Below are positions 8,494 through 18,300 of a stretch of 54,902 nt of DNA, one piece after another (position 1 is the stretch's first letter; each line of letters opens with the position of its first letter). The stretch is from positions 1-54,902 of IMG/VR virus record IMGVR_UViG_3300030372_004573; one strand, 5' to 3'. Position numbers and translations under genes: made by a program. The notes below the pieces were generated by a model. That model was not told the origin of the DNA. It was given only the letters and a program-made list of their open reading frames with translations, and made no database searches. The stretch comes from a virus. Lineage: Duplodnaviria; Caudoviricetes.

Positions 8494-9799
8494 TTGATCC
8501 TGTATGTAATGTGTTTAAGTTTGCTAATTTTGTGGTTATTGATTTCACAACGGTCTCTTCTACACTGCCTGCTGCTACTAGGACTTTTTGGAGAGCATGG
8601 CTTTTTGCACCATTACGGTGAATCCTGCCTAATGCTTGTAAATGATCTTTAGCAGAAAAGGTAGGACTAATTAAAGCCACTCTAGGATAAAGCCCCTGAG
8701 TGTCATGTAAACTTAACCCTGTACCTCCTGCTGCTATATTCACCACAATGATTCGTTTTTCGTCCAACATAAAATTATCTATCTCTGACTGTCTTTGCCA
8801 TTGGTTTTGGCCGCCCATGATACTGAGACAATCAAGTTGTTCTGTTAGAGCTAGTACAGTGTCTTTAAAATTAACAAAGATAACTACTGACTTACCCTGA
8901 TCAATTAAGTCTCCTGTCATCTCAACAATGTCAGGTACCTTCAATGATTCCGCCAGTTGTCGTGCTCTTAGTATATTAACAATATCAAACTCATGTTCAG
9001 TGACGGAACCTTTTTCTAAAAACTGTTCTACAATGTCAGGGGTAATTCCATAGTCATCGTAGGCTTCTAATATTTTCTTAGAGTCTTTAAATTCTAATGC
9101 TTCAATGAATACTCTATTCTCTTTAAATGAGTCAGGGAAATCATGGATAGTAAGCCTGTAGGCTGCTCCTTGTTCACCATACATTGTGCAGTGTACATCT
9201 TTTAATTTTTTACGACTTAGTAATTTCCATTTACCCCAGTTGTCTACACTACATCCATTCCTGTGCATCCAACTGTGCCAACTGTTTGGTCTTTTGTTAA
9301 GATTGTGAAGTCCTAACATAAATCCTAAAGACCTCATTTCGGTAGGGTCTTCCGCTGCTGTAGCCGACATAGCATGAATCAAGTGGCATCCTTCTTCGGC
9401 TTGTTGAACTAAACTAATTAACAACTGGGCGTTTTGAGTCCACGGCCCTTTACATTTATGAACCTCATCGAATATAATAAAGGTAGGCTCTTCAAATAAC
9501 CATTTCATTATTTTCTTCCCCTTCTTTGAGAGGAAAGCTGTCTTACCTGTACGTATTCTTTCGTAATTCATCACGCAGTCGGGTTCCACCTCCATGTCTA
9601 TCATTTCCCTGTCCCACATAGTTATAACTGCCTTTGGGCATATAACGGCTACACGCATACCCAATTGTTTAGCTAAGTAGGTGGCTACCACTGTTTTTCC
9701 CGTACCCACTTCGCTTGTATCAAGAGTGTGTCTGCCTTGTTTTAAGCAATATAAAAAGTGGTCTGCTGCTTTTTGTTGAGGAGGATATAAAGTTTTCAT
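8486..9799 (-). CDS. SF2 (SNF2-like) helicase
   Basis: Motifs GTGKT, ICPK, FDEVH, SAT, GGTGLSL and QALGRIHR. Confidence 0.9.
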   Translation of the reverse strand: MKTLYPPQQKAADHFLYCLKQGRHTLDTSEVGTGKTVVATYLAKQLGMRVAVICPKAVITMWDREMIDMEVEPDCVMNYERIRTGKTAFLSKKGKKIMKWLFEEPTFIIFDEVHKCKGPWTQNAQLLISLVQQAEEGCHLIHAMSATAAEDPTEMRSLGFMLGLHNLNKRPNSWHSWMHRNGCSVDNWGKWKLLSRKKLKDVHCTMYGEQGAAYRLTIHDFPDSFKENRVFIEALEFKDSKKILEAYDDYGITPDIVEQFLEKGSVTEHEFDIVNILRARQLAESLKVPDIVEMTGDLIDQGKSVVIFVNFKDTVLALTEQLDCLSIMGGQNQWQRQSEIDNFMLDEKRIIVVNIAAGGTGLSLHDTQGLYPRVALISPTFSAKDHLQALGRIHRNGAKSHALQKVLVAAGSVEETVVKSITTKLANLNTLHTGSND

Positions 9800-9843
9800 T
9801 AACTTCCTAATACTACAGGAAGACGAACATGTCCAAATTTTTT

Positions 9844-10347
9844 TTAAGAAAAGTTAAATTCGTACTTTTTAATGTAATGAGCTATTAAAAAAGCGTCTAT
9901 CATTCCATCGTGAGGTTTAGTCGCTCTTGAGCTTTTTAACCATTTTTCTAAAGGTTCTATATTAGAAGCTATCTCAAAAGCTTTTTGTTTAGATTGACCT
10001 TTGTTAAATTTCCCTAACATAGATTTTTGCCAATCTCTGACTATTACACAACGATGTCTCCATCCTTGAATTTCACACAGTCCCAAAAGTTTACCAAAAG
10101 ATAAAGCCATTGATCTTACTGCTTGTGAAGATCTTGCATGTCTTAGGGGCTCTTCTATGGCTATAAATAAATCTTTGGGGGCTACATCTAAACCTAATAT
10201 CCATTGATATGTTTTATATGTATCTACTTCTCTTTTGCCACACCTCTCTAATGTTTTCATGGGGGTCTTATCTATAATAGATCCCGTGCTAGATGATATC
10301 CCTACCAACCCTCCGTCTAGTCCATTGTCTATGCCGACGATAGTCAT
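9844..10347 (-). CDS. RuvC-like Holliday junction resolvase
   Basis: RNase H-fold acidic residues in IVGIDNG, IAIEE, W.K and HDGMIDAFLIA. Confidence 0.85.
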   Translation of the reverse strand: MTIVGIDNGLDGGLVGISSSTGSIIDKTPMKTLERCGKREVDTYKTYQWILGLDVAPKDLFIAIEEPLRHARSSQAVRSMALSFGKLLGLCEIQGWRHRCVIVRDWQKSMLGKFNKGQSKQKAFEIASNIEPLEKWLKSSRATKPHDGMIDAFLIAHYIKKYEFNFS

Positions 10348-10592
10348 TTAGGAATAACTAAAGGAGAGATTATTAATCCTCCTATTTCGTCAGCGGGTAA
10401 ATACACATCTATGTTTTTTCTAAGACTTTGCAAAAACATTACCTCACGAGCACTAGAAGGAAATACTCTATAGTAAGTTCCTACAAGACAATCTTGTCTA
10501 AAATAAAAATCGTTTCCTTTATTTTCCCTTACAAGAACTTTTGGGTTTTCCGTTATTATTCTATCTATAAACAGTTTGCCTTGTTTTTTCAT
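10344..10592 (-). CDS. Hypothetical protein
   Basis: 82-aa ORF overlapping both neighbours (translational coupling). Confidence 0.65.
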   Translation of the reverse strand: MKKQGKLFIDRIITENPKVLVRENKGNDFYFRQDCLVGTYYRVFPSSAREVMFLQSLRKNIDVYLPADEIGGLIISPLVIPK

Positions 10593-11182
10593 TATGCTTC
10601 GGGTTCCACATCAATTATTTTTTTTGGCTTAACTTCCACAGCTCCTTTGCCCGCATCAGTCTTAGTGTTATTTAAAATATTTATATCTATTTGTAACCCC
10701 TGAGGAGCTGTACCCCCTCTGGTATCAATGTTAAGATTTCTTCTAATTAACTGATCAAGTTCACTTAGCTCTCTAATAGTTCGGGGCCCCCTTAGATTCT
10801 TTATATTGTCCCTTAATAATTTTATAGCTGAGGCTGCTACGTAACTTTGATACTTTTCTGCGGGGCTACTTTTTGCTTCGGCTGTTTCAAGAATAGCTCG
10901 ATCTTCTTGCTCTCTCGCTTCCATCTTAGCAAGACGAATAGCCTCTTGAGTTTTTTTGTCTAGGTTGGCTTCTAAAGCTGTTTTGAGGGGGTCTTCATCA
11001 TCAGGTCTTGGGTTTAAAGAATGAGGATTTTTCTTAGGTTCTAGCCCTTCTGCTCTAAACCACCTCCTTAGTGTAGATACGTTGACACCAACTTCTTTAG
11101 CAATATTTACAAAAGTATAATCTTCATTATACAATTCTAATGCTTTTTTTAATAGCTTTGATTTTTTTGTACTCTTAGACAA
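10592..11182 (-). CDS. HTH protein, probable terminase small subunit
   Basis: N-terminal HTH (IAKEVGVNVSTLRRW), helical middle and an IDINILN...IIDVEP tail typical of TerS. Adjacent to, but divergent from, TerL. Confidence 0.6.
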   Translation of the reverse strand: MSKSTKKSKLLKKALELYNEDYTFVNIAKEVGVNVSTLRRWFRAEGLEPKKNPHSLNPRPDDEDPLKTALEANLDKKTQEAIRLAKMEAREQEDRAILETAEAKSSPAEKYQSYVAASAIKLLRDNIKNLRGPRTIRELSELDQLIRRNLNIDTRGGTAPQGLQIDINILNNTKTDAGKGAVEVKPKKIIDVEPEA

Positions 11183-11220
11183 TTCCCTTAATATATACTA
11201 AATTTATTGTAAATCTTCAA
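11176..11220. promoter_or_regulatory. Overlapping divergent sigma70-like promoters
   Basis: On +: TAGACA(11176)-17-TAAATT(11199). On -: TTGAAG(11220)-17-TATATA. Confidence 0.45.
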
Positions 11221-11226
11221 CTTTAT

Positions 11227-12984
11227 ATGAGTAAACCGAATAAACTTGAGCCCTACTTAGATGCTAAAAACCAAAAAATTATTGTAGGGGGTTTAGAGAT
11301 ACCTCCAACAAATACATTAACTGCACTATTGTTTGGTTTCGCCCATCATACTAGTGTTAGGGCAAGAGAATATTATTTTTGGAGGATATGTGACCTTTTA
11401 TGGAATAACGAAGATCTACCTGAAAAACTTATGGTAAGACATCCGTGGGCTACTTCTATGATTAAAGCGGCCCTCAAAAATAAATACTTAGCAGTAGGAG
11501 GTGCTGCTTCTTCTGGCAAGTCACATACAATGGCTGCCTATGCCATAGTTTGTTGGCTCGCTGCCCCAAGGGATACACTGGTTCTTTTAACCTCAACCAC
11601 GTTACGTGAAGCACGAAAAAGGATATGGGGTTCAGTAATCACCTTACTAAATGTTATAAATGGTGCACCGTTCAGGATACGGGATTCAATAGGTAATGTT
11701 GCTTATATAAACGAAAAAGGGACATTAATAGAAAAAGCAGGGTTAAGTTTGATAGCTTGTGAGAAAAGCAAAGAGAAAACAGCAGTTGGTAAGTTTATAG
11801 GAATAAAACAGAAAAACGTCGTTGTTATTGCTGACGAGCTTAGTGAGCTTAGTGAGAGTATTTTGCAAGCGGGTCTAACAAACCTGTCTAAGAACCCACG
11901 GTTTCAGTTAATAGGTATGAGTAACCCTGCGTCTAGATATGATGCTTTTGGAGTTTGGGCACAACCTGAAAAAGGTTGGGACTCTATAGAAAGTGATGCA
12001 GATGAATGGAAAACTAAATACGGAGGGCGTTACCTCAGACTAGATGGGGAAAGGTCACCAAATATTTTAGCAGGGGAAACTATATATCCGTGGCTTCCAA
12101 CGGAAGAAAAGTTAGCAGAAGACAGGGAATTGTTAGGCCCTGATAGTAGAGGATATAAACGAATGGTGTCAGCAGTATTCTTTGAATCTGATGAAGAAGA
12201 AACAATATATAGTGAAACAGGTATAGCTCGTTCGGGTTCAATGGGTTCCGTCGCTTGGAAAGGTACTCCTGTTGCCTGTGCGGGTCTCGATCCTGCTTTT
12301 AGTAACGGTGGGGACAGATGTATTTTATATACTGGTTTAGTAGGATATGACCAGTCTGGGCATTACGTCTGTGAATTAAAAGACTTTATAGCCCTTTTGG
12401 ACGATGCCACCAACTCAGCGGTGCCCCGTTCTTACCAGATTGTGAAGATGTTGAAGGATGAGTTGCAGAAGAGGAAGATTGATCCTTCAAATCTTGCGGT
12501 TGACTCGACGGGTGCTGGTAATCCTTTCTGCGACATAATCGAAGCAGAAGGGCTTTTAAACATTTTAAGAGTTTCATTTGGAGGGAAGCCGTCAGAAAAG
12601 AAAGTTTCTGTAAATTCTAAACTTATAGGTACAGAGCTTTATGCTAACAGGTGTAGTGAGTTATGGTTTGCAGGAAAAGAGTTAATGAGAACAAAGCAAC
12701 TGTTGGGCATATCTAATGAGTTAGCGGCTGAAATGACAGGCCGACGTTTTGATATGTATAAGTCAGGCTCGTTAAAAATGAAAGTAGAAACCAAACCAGA
12801 TTTTAAATCAAGGCTGGGGAAGTCCCCTGATATTGCGGATGCTGCTTTTCTTTGCATTGACGTTGCACGTCAAAGACTTGGCCTTGTTGCGTCGGAACCC
12901 CCTAAAAACCAAGGAGTTGGAATGTCAGGGCCTACAAAATCTATGAAGGGTTTGACTAAAATATTACAAAACTCTCAGATATAA
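11227..12984 (+). CDS. terL: Terminase large subunit
   Basis: Walker A GAASSGKS, Walker B VVIADE, coupling motif MSNP, and nuclease motifs GLDPA..GD and SPDIADA. Confidence 0.93.
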   Translation: MSKPNKLEPYLDAKNQKIIVGGLEIPPTNTLTALLFGFAHHTSVRAREYYFWRICDLLWNNEDLPEKLMVRHPWATSMIKAALKNKYLAVGGAASSGKSHTMAAYAIVCWLAAPRDTLVLLTSTTLREARKRIWGSVITLLNVINGAPFRIRDSIGNVAYINEKGTLIEKAGLSLIACEKSKEKTAVGKFIGIKQKNVVVIADELSELSESILQAGLTNLSKNPRFQLIGMSNPASRYDAFGVWAQPEKGWDSIESDADEWKTKYGGRYLRLDGERSPNILAGETIYPWLPTEEKLAEDRELLGPDSRGYKRMVSAVFFESDEEETIYSETGIARSGSMGSVAWKGTPVACAGLDPAFSNGGDRCILYTGLVGYDQSGHYVCELKDFIALLDDATNSAVPRSYQIVKMLKDELQKRKIDPSNLAVDSTGAGNPFCDIIEAEGLLNILRVSFGGKPSEKKVSVNSKLIGTELYANRCSELWFAGKELMRTKQLLGISNELAAEMTGRRFDMYKSGSLKMKVETKPDFKSRLGKSPDIADAAFLCIDVARQRLGLVASEPPKNQGVGMSGPTKSMKGLTKILQNSQI

Positions 12985-13020
12985 AGGGGGGAGGGGGTAT
13001 AAACTTTAATATACGATGCT

Positions 13021-13064
13021 CGCACTTTCTACTGTACAGTAGAAATAGCGTGAGGTTCTAAAGA
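13021..13064. repeat. Palindromic repeat element, copy 1
   Basis: CGCACTTTCTACTGTACAGTAGAAATAGCGTGAGGTTCTAAAGA, containing a perfect 20-bp palindrome at 13026-13045. 43/44 identical to 40706-40749. Confidence 0.95.
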
Positions 13065-13162
13065 AACTTATATATATAGAGGGGGCTAAATGACTTTTTG
13101 ACTTTACGTGACAACAAATTAAATTATTAAGACTCTTTAAAATTTAATAATATATTACTAAT

Positions 13163-13888
13163 ATGGCTGTTTCGGATCTATTTAAATCTTTATTTAAAAA
13201 CAAAAAGAAAAAAAATAAAAACTATGACCCTTCTAATCCTGCAAGCCCCACTAAGTTTTTAAAAGGTAAGGAGAATACTAAGCCAACACTTACTGAGCCT
13301 GAATTTTTTCCACTCAAAAAGACAGATTCTAAACTTGCTTCAGAAATTGCTACTGCCAAAAAGTTTAAAAATTATGCTTTAGATGTTGGAAGAAACGCAT
13401 CGACACCTATTCCTTCGGACGTAGAAATTGTAGGTAGAGGTAAATCCGCAACAAGAAGGATTGGGACTAACGACCCAGAAATGGGGTATGAGGGTACGAT
13501 AAAACCTTTAGGTATACAGAAACCCCGTTCAGAAGATCAACCTGATAGGAACGTCGTACTCATGGGGATAGCGGATAGGAGGGCCGCCAGAAAAGAAGCA
13601 AATAAAAAAAGGTACGAAGAACAAATAGCAGCTCGAAATAAAAGAGTAACGGCAATGCGGGCAAAAGGAGGTCAGTTTAGGCCAACTAATTTAAAACGGG
13701 AAGAACTTAATGCCCTAAGGCAAGCCGTCCGTGATCAAGCTTTTACTGAACCATTGGGTCGGAATACACCGTTAGGTAAAGCATCTGCTAATAGACAGCA
13801 GAGACAACTTGCTATGAAGCAAAGGAACATTGATTCTAAAGCTAAAAAAGAAGCAGAAAAAAAGAAGAAAACCGATAATCAAGATTAA
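13163..13888 (+). CDS. Highly basic (Lys/Arg-rich) protein, putative internal virion protein
   Basis: K/R-rich low-complexity sequence. First gene of the operon containing the giant protein. Confidence 0.6.
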   Translation: MAVSDLFKSLFKNKKKKNKNYDPSNPASPTKFLKGKENTKPTLTEPEFFPLKKTDSKLASEIATAKKFKNYALDVGRNASTPIPSDVEIVGRGKSATRRIGTNDPEMGYEGTIKPLGIQKPRSEDQPDRNVVLMGIADRRAARKEANKKRYEEQIAARNKRVTAMRAKGGQFRPTNLKREELNALRQAVRDQAFTEPLGRNTPLGKASANRQQRQLAMKQRNIDSKAKKEAEKKKKTDNQD

Positions 13889-13898
13889 AATAAAGTTT

Positions 13899-15320
13899 AT
13901 GAGTTTAGAAGATTTATTATCAACAGTACAACCTTTCGGGCAATCTATGGCTGCGGGGAAGAGATCAGTAGGCCCACGTTCTGCTAAGTACAGAGTAGCT
14001 GCTCGTAGGCTCGGAGGTAAGTTTACTCCAGAAGGCAGAGAGATGTTAATGAAAGGAGAACAGCTTCGTTTGATGGAGCCCAACATAGCTACTCCAGAGT
14101 CTAGAGACTTAATGAATAAAGGGGAGCAAATTAAAGCTGCATATGCGAGTGGGGGTCTAGATCTTGCTAAAGATTTGAAACCTTTAAGGCAGCAGTGGTT
14201 CCAAGATGTGCAAGCTTCAAGTTTATCTTCAGAAGATAAAGAAGGTATTCGTCAGATGTTTACTAAAGATTTTTTAGACGCAGGTAAAGAGTTAGACGCA
14301 GAGGCTCAAAGGAATTTTAATTTAAAAAGCCAACAACTTGGACTAAAAAAATCCAAACAAGACATCCAAAATAATAAAACTATTCTGGAAACAGGCAAAC
14401 TTAGTTTAGAAAGTGCTAAAAGAAAAGACACTAGAGCCCTTAATGAGTTAAATAATGAAGCTTTAACTTCTACTTTTATTGATGAACAATTAATGAATTT
14501 GGAAAACGCAGAAATGTTAATTACGAGGAACCTTGACGGGTCAATAAAAGATATAACTCCATTTAAATATGAGGGAGAGGAAAAAAAGAAAGCTGTAGCT
14601 GAGGCTCGTGAAAGAACACAAAATGCTATTACAAAGCATTTAGCTCAAAACCCTGACTTAAGTCCATCGTCTTTAAGAGCCCTTGACAGTTTAGCTCAAC
14701 AAGTAGGTGTGCGTGTTAAGAGAGCAGAAGCACTTGAAGATAGACAGCAATCATTTAAGCAGGGAATAGTAAGTATGATTGCAAACATGGCTATTTCTAA
14801 AGGCGTTGAGGGTATTGACCCAACTGACCTAAGTGAAACAAACATAACAAATATGCTAACGAAGGTAGCGAAGGCCAATAAAGCTGACTACCAAAGGAAA
14901 AATAATGCAAGACTTGTAGATAATATCTTAGCGGTGACTAAAGAAATTTCATCTCCATACATGGACTCCTTAAAAAGTTTTCCTGAGAGTGGTGCTGACT
15001 TCAAAGCAATACCAAGAACCAGTTCAGAAGCGGCTAGAGCACAACTTGAATCATACATTGAAAGAGCAAAAAATTTCCTTGAGGATCTTGAGATTGAGTC
15101 TCCAGAGGTAAGTGAAAAAATATCAGAATTAGAAGCTAGAATAAAAGCGGATGAATTTTTAAATGTTAGCAAAGGGGTAGACGGTCAAAAATATTATATG
15201 ATTTCAAATGCAATTGAAAACGTAATGGTTAGCATAAACTCACTTATCTACGGAGATAAGAAAAGAGTTCTTTCTAAAGAACAACAAGATGCTCAAGATG
15301 CCTACGGTAATAAACCTTAA
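13899..15320 (+). CDS. Helical putative internal virion/ejection protein
   Basis: Long ORF (track start 13830; ATG 13899 avoids overlap), coiled-coil character, directly upstream of the giant protein. Confidence 0.6.
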   Translation: MSLEDLLSTVQPFGQSMAAGKRSVGPRSAKYRVAARRLGGKFTPEGREMLMKGEQLRLMEPNIATPESRDLMNKGEQIKAAYASGGLDLAKDLKPLRQQWFQDVQASSLSSEDKEGIRQMFTKDFLDAGKELDAEAQRNFNLKSQQLGLKKSKQDIQNNKTILETGKLSLESAKRKDTRALNELNNEALTSTFIDEQLMNLENAEMLITRNLDGSIKDITPFKYEGEEKKKAVAEARERTQNAITKHLAQNPDLSPSSLRALDSLAQQVGVRVKRAEALEDRQQSFKQGIVSMIANMAISKGVEGIDPTDLSETNITNMLTKVAKANKADYQRKNNARLVDNILAVTKEISSPYMDSLKSFPESGADFKAIPRTSSEAARAQLESYIERAKNFLEDLEIESPEVSEKISELEARIKADEFLNVSKGVDGQKYYMISNAIENVMVSINSLIYGDKKRVLSKEQQDAQDAYGNKP

Positions 15321-15331
15321 GTTTATATTTT

Positions 15332-18300
15332 ATGTCTGAAAATTTTAAACAAAAAGAAAGTTTAGCCTTTGGTTCTGTTACAGAGCACAACACCTTTGAA
15401 ATAGACCCCTTACTAAAAAATGAAAACGACGAACCCGTTGAACCTGTAAATCAACTTGCTAAGTTTGCTCAGAATAGAATTATTAGCGGGATAGCGCAGG
15501 GAGAAAATGTTTATAAAAAACTTAATGCAGAATTAGAAAATTCTTACAAAAGAGCATTAGAGTTAAATCCAGATATAGGCTCTTATGGAGATTGGCAAAA
15601 TATAGTATTACCCAACACGGTTGACCCAAAGAAAGAACTAAGTCTTTTCGAAAAATTAGATCAAGGTTTAGTTGAAACTGATGGAGTTCTTGTTCAAGAA
15701 TTTAAAAAGTTTACTGATGATCCTAGTTATGTTTCTCCTGAGTTGGCAGAAGCTCAAGACAAATTTAATAACCTTAAACGAATAGCTATTGGGACTAGCC
15801 GCTCCGAAGAACAAGATCCTGAATCTTCTACAAGTTTACCTTTTGTATCAGTTAAAGATGAAGAGGGCCAAGATATTGTTTTAACCCAGAATGCTGAACA
15901 ATTAACTACTGAGCATGATTCTTTAGAGAAAGCCTTGAGGGTGTCTCTTGATAGTGGGGCCTTAAAACCAAGAGATTTACTAGCCGTAGCTAGTAATTTA
16001 AAATTTGCAGAAGGCACTGGAAAAACTTATTCCGATTTACAAAGAGAATATGAGTTAACATTTAAAGTTGTAGGTTTCACAAACGAGATACTTAACCAAG
16101 CACAACAGGTAAAAGAGCGAACGGGGGATAGTCCAAGATTATATCACTTTAAAGGGGACTCTGACTTAGTTAAGTCTTTAAATGCACTAACACTTGATAT
16201 TAGACTAGATCACCAAGAGCTAACTAATACTACTGACACAGTAGATCCTGAAAAGCGGTACTTATATGAGAAGCTCCCCGCTTTTGCTCGTTTTGCATTG
16301 CTCGCAGGTACCGCACAATGGGAAGGAATAAAGTCAAAATACCGTGACTTTTTCCCGAAGCCAGACCCATTAAATTTTGGGGTACCCCTTACTCCTTTAG
16401 AAGAGCCTTTAAACCACGCCCTAGAAAATTTATCTGAAGACGACATTAACTTCAGTAAAGATAAATCAGCTATAGCTGAAAGGTTTAGAGAAAAATTCCA
16501 AATAACTAATTTATCAGATGACCAAGTTATTGAGTCTGTAAAAAGAGCATTACACACACAACTCCATAGCAGTGGATTACTTCCGTATATTATCGACGAA
16601 AAAAGTTTATTTTTAAATATTAAGAAAGAGGAAAACTTTGGAATAACTGTCCACCCCGATTTATTTGTTAATAGAAAAGCTTTTGAAAAAGCAGTTAAAC
16701 AACACCCTGATTTAACAAAAAAAGACATTGAAGTTGTAAAAGAAAAAAGAAAATTATTTTATGCTTCTCAAGCCCGTGAACTTGAAGACCTTATTTTTAG
16801 TAGTGCCCCCACTACAAAAAAATGGTTAGAAGCAAAAGAGAAAAACTTTAAGTTAAAGGCAGAAGATCAAAAAGATTTAGCTACTATTCTAGAAGAGTTT
16901 TTATCCGACGATGAAAACTTTAGTTACTTATCAGATAACTTGAGAAGCTTTGGTTTTTCGGCTGTCTCCTCTGTGCCTATGATTTACCATAGCGTAGTAG
17001 GTGCTTTAGGTTCTGAGAGCTCAACAAACAAAGCTATAGAAATACAATTAAGAAAAGACGAAGGCAAACAACTTTCTTCGGCTTTTGGAAGAGGAGGATT
17101 CTTTTTAGATGTATCTAATGTAGCAGGTGATTTAGTCATTGATTTAGGAGCTACAGCACTATCAGGAGTTCCCGCAAACTCAGCAGCTAAAAAATTAGCT
17201 CTAGAAATAGCTGGAAAAAAATTAGCAGCCCAAGGATATAAAATATCTAAAATAAAAGGAACTACTAATGCTTTACATGCTGCTTTCTTTTCTACAGATA
17301 CAGCATCAAAAAAGAAACTTGCTGCCCAGCTATTGACAGCAGGAACAATTACTCCCCTTAAAACAAAGAAATATACTGAGGGTATTGTAAAAGTTTTGGC
17401 AGATGACTTCGCTGCTTTGTCTTTATCTAACACAGAAAAGCTTACTGACTTAGGAGCCCTTGCATTTAGCGTAGGGGCCCCCTCAGGACTGAGGTCAGCC
17501 TCATATGCCTATTCTTCTTATATGCAGGCTCTTCCTGATAATTTAAGTTTTGATGAGAAGAGGAAAAGGGCCGTACCTTTAGCTATTGCTAGAGGGGCCC
17601 TAACCGCTGCTATAACTGTAGGGGCTTCTTATCTTGGGCGAGGAGGTGCTGAAGCTGTAGTGGCGAAAAGGCCAAGTAAACTTATGGAGCTTAGGGGATA
17701 TAAAGCGACTAAGAACGCTTTAGAAAATCTAGCCAAAATGTCAAGAGCAACTGATAAGGTAGGTAAAGGTTTACTTGTTTCGGAGGTAGCTGAGATAGCG
17801 GCTGCTATTGCGAGAAATGGCCTTAGGAGGTCTATGCTTTTTGGATTAGGGGCTAAGACTGTCCTAACAGATTTAGCAAAAGTAGGAATCGATGAAGGTA
17901 TTGAAGAGGGACTTGATGAATTTTTAGGTAGCTTTGTCGATGAGTATGCGACAGGTAATAATATTACTTTAGGAGAAAGATTAGGTTCTACTGCTTATGC
18001 GGGGTTACTCGGTTTAACTATGGGGGTTGGCGTTTCAGGTACCGCTAAAGTTATTGGGGCTGCTTCAAGCAAATTGGGTATAGGGGATACAACTAAATCA
18101 ACTGAGAATGTATATAGGCAATTAGTAGATATGGTAATGGAAGAAGCTTCTACTTTAAATGAAGCTGCTTCTAACGCTAGGAACGCCCAAGCTCCTCTAA
18201 CTGCGGAAGTCTTGGAACAAAACAGGGAGCAGCTTCTAGCTGGAGTTGCTAAAAATCCTGTTGCTTCGGCTGCTGTTTTTAGAATGAGTGTTACTAGAGA

